In this document: one piece after another, positions 35,782 through 42,620 of the stretch
Layout: each line of letters begins with the position of its first letter
How positions within the stretch are numbered: position 1 is the first letter of the stretch
Assembly: GCA_964255285.1 (NCBI GenBank)
Contig: CAXUUL010000056.1
Location: forward strand, 1 to 42,620
Source of the DNA: Ionaspis alba
Lineage: Eukaryota
DNA length: 42,620 bases
Reading direction: 5' to 3'
Notes under the pieces: model-generated
Seen by the model: only the letters and a program-made list of their open reading frames with translations
Told to the model about the DNA's origin: nothing
Databases searched by the model: none
Position numbers and translations under genes: made by a program

Positions 35782-38586
35782 ATGCACAACAAACGCGGGC
35801 AGGCCTCGAGGCGGCCACAACCAAGTCGTCTACCAGCGATTGCTCCCCGAGACGAGGCACACCCACCGTCCGCAACGGATCAGAACGTCGCCATTGCACA
35901 GAGCATTACTGCAGCTCTCCCCAGAACCTACCTGCCATCGAGGTCAAGAAGTGGCTGCTGGTATGTCCTGGTCTCTACTTAAAGTATACTAATAACCTTA
36001 CTAACAAGACTTGCCAACAGGACGTGTCGGGTACTAGACTCGCTAATACTAGAACTTGCCTGTGCTTTGCTGACTGATTTTTAGCAACGCAAAGTCAAGT
36101 TTGTTTTCCGTGCCACTGAACCGACATTCGAGGCCGAATGGCTAACTCTTCTACTTCCACAGATGTGACGAGAAAAGGCCAGAATGCAACGTGAGCTACC
36201 TAAGTTTTATTGATTACTTTAGTGCATGTACAAAGAGCTGATGGAACACCAATGCAGCAATGTACCCGCTTGGGACGTCCTTGCGATTACAGCCATAAAA
36301 TGACCTGGAAAGACGAGACCTCCAAGGTTGTTGATAAGTACCAGGGAGCAGATTCTTCGGAACTGGAACAGTCGGATTGTGTGTCTTACTCCATGCTTCT
36401 CCAATGTACCGCAACACTAGGTCTTACTGGAGTAGTACAACCTAGGCAGGAATACCGGCCACATGAGGACGAGGATCGACTTCCATCCTTTACATCGCTG
36501 ACCAACGACGAGGAATGGGAACAGAAAGCAGAGTATCGGCCGCCCGGTACATATTTCATCGTTGCCAATCCATCGAGTTTCGAAACTTCCGAAACTTCAC
36601 AAGCACATGCCGAAGACGTTGGTGAACCGAGTACAAGGTCTCCATTTCAGGCCCGTGATACTCTGAGGACCAGCATCGGGACGGACACTGAAGGAGCCCG
36701 AGCTGGAAGGTATATCGCACCAGCAGGCAACCTTTACCAGAGCACGACCAGCCAGGAGACACGTGATCAGTGGAGGACCTCCACCAATATTTCAATCGAT
36801 CACAACACGCTAGTCCTCGGTACATTCGATGGAGCCGTAGGAGCCTCGCCTCCGAGGACAGCAATGGACTTCTCCCGCTCTAGGCCTTCCCGCAACGAGG
36901 CTTCCTCGCCTCAAAGCCCTACTTTGGCGGGGTTTTCGCAAAGTCTCGCAAGCATGAATATTACTCCGGAGCTTCTTCCACGCCGAGACCGCTCAGACAG
37001 TGGTCGATCCACCACCGTGGAAGCTCGGCTGAAGTTGCACTACAAGTTGTTCGTTCGTCGACATCTTACACAGATCCACAAAAAGTCTTCTCGTGAGGGA
37101 TCCCCTACTTCTCACGATGCGGATGACGATATGTTTGAGAAGGAAGCGGCGACTTTTCCACCTGTAAGTCCATGCTCTTTGGACCCGCCTTGGTTCAATG
37201 TTTTATGGAGGACTAACAAACGTACCAAGCTATCTCATGCGCTCATGGCAATATCGGCTCTAAGCTTAGCGAACAGGGATAGTTCTCTTAATGTCGAGGC
37301 TTTACAGCATTACCAACAGGCTTTGGGTCCACTGCAGATTAGCCTCAGACACGAGCAGGATTTAGCAAGCAATGGCGCTTTCTTGACTCATTTCATCCTG
37401 CTGCTCTATGAGGTGTGTTATTCTCTGAAAGCCTTGACAACCCTACTGATGTACATAGATTGCTGCCGCAGAGCCCTACTGGTCAAATCATTTGTCGCAT
37501 TTGATACACATTGCCCGAATGAGACGGGACATGCTTGAAGAAGAACCCTATCCTGCTGTCCTATGGTGGATATGCAAGATCGATATCAATGCTTTGCTCA
37601 GTGGCTGTGGCAAGGGCGAGTTCATCGACGACATGATGAAAACAAACGAAATCCCGACCGTTGCCGCACTTCTACAATTTCCGTGTATAGCAATGACTGA
37701 CGTGGCCCATGCTCACGGCAGAGAGGCGATCACCTCTACACTAACCTCGTATCAGAAGCTGTTCCTTATAGCCGCAGAGATTGGTCAATTGGCAAGGCAT
37801 CTACGTCAACAGTCTGCCATGCAAAGACGGTCACGTGGCTCAAGAACTTCGCCAACGTTGGAGACCCAGAGTCGGCAGCAAGTCTCTCAGCTTCGAGAGA
37901 AGCTGAAAGAGTTTCGGTATGGCGGGCTGCCTGCAAGCCCGGCCAGTCGTCAAAGACCACAGTGTATTTCTGGACAGCTCCAAAGCATATTGGATCAGGT
38001 AAGCTCCTTCCAAAGTCCATGTTCTACAATCAACCTCCCCCTTAGAGCTATGCTATCCCCGGGCAGTCATCCTCAAATGCGTCATGCATATAACCAACAG
38101 TCTCATTCGACACCATCCGCAAGATTCTATCCATGCTAGCGAGAGAGTGATTGCTGATCAATCCGACAGTGCTACCTCATATATCGAACCTGTATTATCT
38201 ACTCTTTAACAACTATGTGGCCCAAACAGCGAATGAGTACCAGTCCAGCACATGAGGCAGAGATTGCCCAATGCGTTGCAGAAATTTTGGAGTTTGCCAG
38301 CGACACCGTCTCACGACGTCAGCTCGAGCATGGCTTTATTGTTTTCCCTCTGTTCATGGCTGGTTGCGCTGCAGCTACTGCTTCTGACAAGACCCTCGCT
38401 CGAGACCTGATCCATAGGATGGAACAGGAAAGTGTTGGCAAGAACACCCGAGCGACTAGAAAGCTTCTCGAAGCGGTGTATGAACAGCAAAAGGCGAGTT
38501 TGTCTAGCACTGACCAATCAAAGGAGGTTGATTGGGTTCAGGTTATGAAGGATAGTGGACTACAAGTGGTCAACTATGGATTGTGA
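35782..38586 (+). CDS. Zn(II)2Cys6 transcription factor with fungal-specific TF (Fungal_trans_2-like) domain; at least 7 introns including three microexons
   Basis: Splicing 35961-36020, 36031-36084, 36099-36162 and 36191-36257 yields SRSGCWTCRQRKVKCDEKRPECNQCTRLGRPCDY. Later introns are 37164-37229, 37413-37458 and 37999-38169. Motifs include ALQHYQQAL, FLTHFILLLYEI and IVFPLFMAG. The start codon is tentative. Confidence 0.88.
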
Positions 38587-39314
38587 AAGCACGATCCTTA
38601 GATTGTTGGTATTTTGATCGGGTCTGATTTCGAAGTTGGGACGATTCTACGATGAGTTCGCTCTTTTGGCAAATAGGACACTCCTTTGCTGGCCGGTGGC
38701 AGCCCTCAGGACAGCTTGATCTGGCAGGGTCTAGTATGAAATTTCACAGTCTTTTTAGCTGCAGATGCAGAGCAGACAGTTACTGTTTACCGAATTTGAC
38801 TGCTTTTCAACAACTGCATGTCTGCCTTTCCAGACGGTCTTATTGTAGACGGTCCAACGGAGGCAACGAGCGCTAGTCAGAGAGTGACTATTGTACAATC
38901 ATTCAAACCCACAACATGTGCCAACTAATGCAGAGAAACGTGAAGCTCGTGGCATCCTGATCGCCTCTGTAGTACGTAGCCCTATCAGATCTGGATAAGC
39001 AAGCGAGAATGACGAATTTGTGAATTGCCTGGAGCTTCTTCTCTTTCTAGCATTCACCTATAACTCTACCATGATGACCCTAATGCGGCCTGTCTAAGAC
39101 TCACACTTGGATTTTGCGCCACCATACTTCCAGCGCGCCTTTGCGTCCGTTCAACTCTCAAAGATCAAGACGACCACATTCATTGGAGGAACTTGACCCT
39201 CCTTCCGACCTTGTTTGCCGTCCATATTTGCTCTCTGATTAACACCTAGTATTCACCTGTGAAGCACATTGGAGAAAGGCTTATCTCTTCCTTGTAGCCG
39301 CCGAGGCTGAGTGG

Positions 39315-41123
39315 ATGGACATGGACGAAGAGAATGTTGCCCAGTTTACCAACGTGACTGGCTCAACAGCTGAACGAGCTCGGCAATACCTTAGCCTGGC
39401 TGATGGTAATATCGAACAAGCCGTCGAACTTTTCTTCACCACTGGGGGCATAGATTTAGCGGAACCTACCACGACAGCAACAAACCCACCAACCACACAC
39501 ACCCCTCCAATACACTCAGAACAAACTGGAACAGATGATTCACGGGCCCGAAGCCGGTCACGACATGAAGTTATCAGCATAGAATCAGACGAAGAGATAA
39601 TAGATAACGACGATCCAGTGATTACGGGACACATTTCAGGGCAGCCTTTGAGCGCCCCAAGATCGGCAAATCGTACACCTGCAAGCGGAACACCACCTAT
39701 ACCTCAGCAGACCCGATTTGAAGATGACGATGAAGCTATGGCTAGGAGGATGCAAGAGGAGATATACGCAGGAGGGGATATGGGAGGGGTAGTGGGTGCC
39801 GATGGCTACAGAGCTCCGATAGGTCGGACCACGGAGACTCTGGTTGGGCCTGGTTCTTACGACCTGGACGACCACAATGATCTGCAAGCAGCTGTTGATG
39901 CTCAGCTACGTGCCAGACAACATGCGAGGAGTCGAGGTTAGTGATCTGAAGATCAGATACGATGGAATCTGCTGACAATCATAGCTCGGCCGCCCGGGGG
40001 CATCCCAGGCATCTTTAATCAACATCCATCCTCAAGCTCAATCTGGAATGACGCGAATCCAGATCCCCGGAGTGAAGACCATCGTGCACGGCTCGCTCGC
40101 TCAACTGCAGGAGCGTCAGAAACGTCTTCGAAATCGGGATTGCTGGCTGAGATGTATCGACCGCCATTCGAGATAATGTCACGATTATCATGGGAGGATG
40201 CAAGATCGGAGGGAAAGGAAAACGAGAAGTGGATATTGGTTAATGTCCAAGATCCCGCAATCTTTGACTGTCAGGTACTGAATCGAGATATTTGGAAGAA
40301 TCCTGGCGTTAAAGATACGGTTAAGGAAAACTTTCTATTTATGCAATATTCCAAGGACGACCCTCGAGGAGGTCAATATATGCAATACTACTTCCAGAAC
40401 CGCGATAACCAGGATGCCTACCCCCACATCGCTATTGTGGATCCAAGAACCGGGGAGCAGGTGAAAGTATGGTCCGGACCACCAGCACCCAAAGCTCCCG
40501 ATTTCCTCATGCAGCTCCACGAATTCCTAGACCGCTACAGTCTCAACGTCGCCGCTCGGAATCCCGTTGCAAAGCGGAAACCTGAACCTAAGAAAGAGAA
40601 AGAAGTGGAGAAGATGACGGAAGAAGAAATGCTTGAAATGGCTCTACAGAACAGCCTAGCAGGCCGTAGTGCCGTCCAGAAAGCCGACGACCCAGACGAG
40701 CTCACCCGCAGCATGGGCGACGAGCGCAAAGGGAAAGGTCGGACCATCAACATCGACGATGATAGTGAAGACGCGGAAATGACCGACATCGAGCAAGTAG
40801 CCACGAACGGCCATACTTCCACTACCTCACCCTTCGCATCCGTATCCTCCTCACACCCCCACACCGAACCCGCAGCTGACGCCGCCAGCACGCGTATCCA
40901 GTTCCGGCATTCGGCCGGCAGAGTCGTAAGGCGATTTAAACTTTCGGACCCGGTGCGCAGAATCTATGAGTGGTTAAAGGCGAGTCCGTTGGAGGGAAAG
41001 GAGGGGCTGGCCTTTGAGTTGGTGAGTATGGGGAAGAATTTGATGGAGGAGTTGGATGTGGAGATTGGGAAGGCGGGGTTGAAGAACGGGACTGTGATGG
41101 TGGAGTTTGTGGAGGACGGATGA
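39315..41123 (+). CDS. UBX5: UBX-domain Cdc48 adaptor (UBA-UAS-UIM-UBX; Ubx5/UBXN7-like); intron 39937-39984
   Basis: UBA-like FTNVTG..ARQYL...IEQAVELFF, UAS LAEMYRPPF..KWILVNVQD..FDCQVLNRDIW, UIM MTEEEMLEMALQNSL and UBX TRIQFR...VRRF. Confidence 0.92.
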
Positions 41124-41409
41124 AGGGACTGTTGTCAATGTGAGGGGATGACATGGGTGTTGTTGGCATGAGAGATGGATGTCGTTGACTGGTTACCGGA
41201 TCGATGAGATATGCATTTTTGGCGTCAGAGCTACTTGTAGGTAGGTAGGTAAGGCCGTCTGTGCCTGCTAATGGTTGTGACATAGACAGCTTCTGCGGCG
41301 GCTGATAGACTCGCGCTCGGGAACTCTTGCTACCATTTACTTTCAACCTTGCGCGCGTTCTTGTTTTAACACGCATCTTTCTACTAAATCCCGTTCCTCT
41401 TCCTTTACG

Positions 41410-42380
41410 TTACTTCTCAAGCAGTATTCCCAGCGTCACCGCCCATACGTGCCCTCGAACTTCGCCGTCCTCAACCTGCTCCTCGTCGTGACATAGGGAT
41501 CGATCCCCTCCATAATTCATGGGCGTCTCGCCAACACCTCCCTGCCCTCTGCCTTCCATCCTGGTCTCTTCATCGTCCCAGACTTCGCCATGCGGATCTT
41601 CGATGCTCTCAGGTATCGGAAGATCGAGCTCCTTGAAGGGGCGGCACATGTGCGTGTTCTGATCTTATGGCTCAAAATGTTAGCCTTTTTGCAATGTCCA
41701 GCAGCACGAGTTGTGAAGCCTGAGCGCAATGAGAAATCCTGGATGGATAGGATGGAAGAAAGGAAAGTTAACATACGCTCAATCAGCTTTTGTTTCTCGG
41801 CCTTCACCTCTTCCCTCAGCACGTCTTGCTCGGCCGCTAGTCGCAATATCGTTTCTGATTGCTTGGCGATTTTCTCTCGCAACTTCTCTGGTTTTCTTGT
41901 TTTCGGTGTCCCTGCTTTGGAAGAGCTGGAGTGCTCCTAAGGTGATTCTGGGACATGATTCTCGGCGTCTTCACGATTTGCAGCTCTCTCTGCGTCAGAA
42001 TCGAGCTCAGCAAGTCGACTCGGCTCCGATGAAGGTGACGGCGCTGGTAAGCGACTTCGAATTACCCTCTCCTCGCTTCGCCGTAGTGACCGAGACCTTG
42101 GGGGCGAGCGAGATCGACCGCGAGCTCGCCGCGAACGTCGGGCAGTTTCGGGGAGATAGGCAAGATCCGCTGAGCTAGCTTCAGTTTCTTTGTTAGAGGT
42201 CGACTGTGCGCTATTACTTGGATCTAAACTAGCAGCAGAGCGAGAAGGAGAAGGAGAAGGAGAAGAAGGAAAAGCCGTAGTTGAGGAGCTCGAGGATGGT
42301 AGCCAATAGGTGTGGTTACCGTGAATGGTATACCAGGCGCGAATAGCAAGATTGCTGGGATCTGGAGATTGTGAGGACAT
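41410..42380 (-). pseudogene. Hypothetical gene interrupted by a single in-frame TAG (41939-41937); intron 41776-41664. Pseudogene or recoded gene
   Basis: The 147-aa ORF continues in frame past the TAG into a coiled-coil segment (LREKIAKQSETILRLAAEQDVLREEVKAEKQKLIE). A GTATGT..GCTAAC..AAG intron then joins it in frame to ORF 41410-41649. Confidence 0.55.
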
Positions 42381-42620
42381 TGGAGTGCAGATGCAGCTGA
42401 TGACAAGAGGAAGGTTGAGGACCTGAAAAGGAGCTCAAATCCATGACGTGGTTTGAGAGGGAGGTGGGAGGACGGAGCTGGCGTATTGTGGAAGGACTAG
42501 GAAAGGCGCGGATGAGACGTTGTGAACTATCATGCACATTGAAAGGAACAAATGCACAAGCAGGTGATCCCCAAGTCACAAGCACTAATAAATCATGCAA
42601 GAAGTGAGAAACTGAATGTC

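Overview
This is gene-dense genomic DNA from a filamentous ascomycete (Pezizomycotina), judged from short GT-AG introns with CTRAC branch sites and fungal housekeeping genes. About 16 apparently intact genes can be reconstructed: a tyrosine phosphatase, YIP3/PRA1 with a tightly coupled downstream ORF, an ERJ5-like DnaJ protein, FYV4/mS41, a zinc alcohol dehydrogenase, a GNAT acetyltransferase, a WW/PhoD-like protein, CDC6, an RGD2-like RhoGAP, a membrane dipeptidase, ECM29, a Zn2Cys6 transcription factor, a UBX5-like protein and two hypothetical proteins. There are also several stop-interrupted ORFs or pseudogenes. The most notable signal is a candidate programmed -1 ribosomal frameshift at the 3' end of YIP3: a U_UUU_UCC slip site, a 6-nt spacer and a predicted stem-loop/pseudoknot, which would give a ~608-aa fusion with the downstream ORF. 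Also notable are a Zn2Cys6 DNA-binding domain split over microexons of 10, 14 and 28 nt, and an otherwise intact spliced gene interrupted by one in-frame TAG. All product calls come from motif recognition by eye and exon boundaries from manual reading; no database searches were run.
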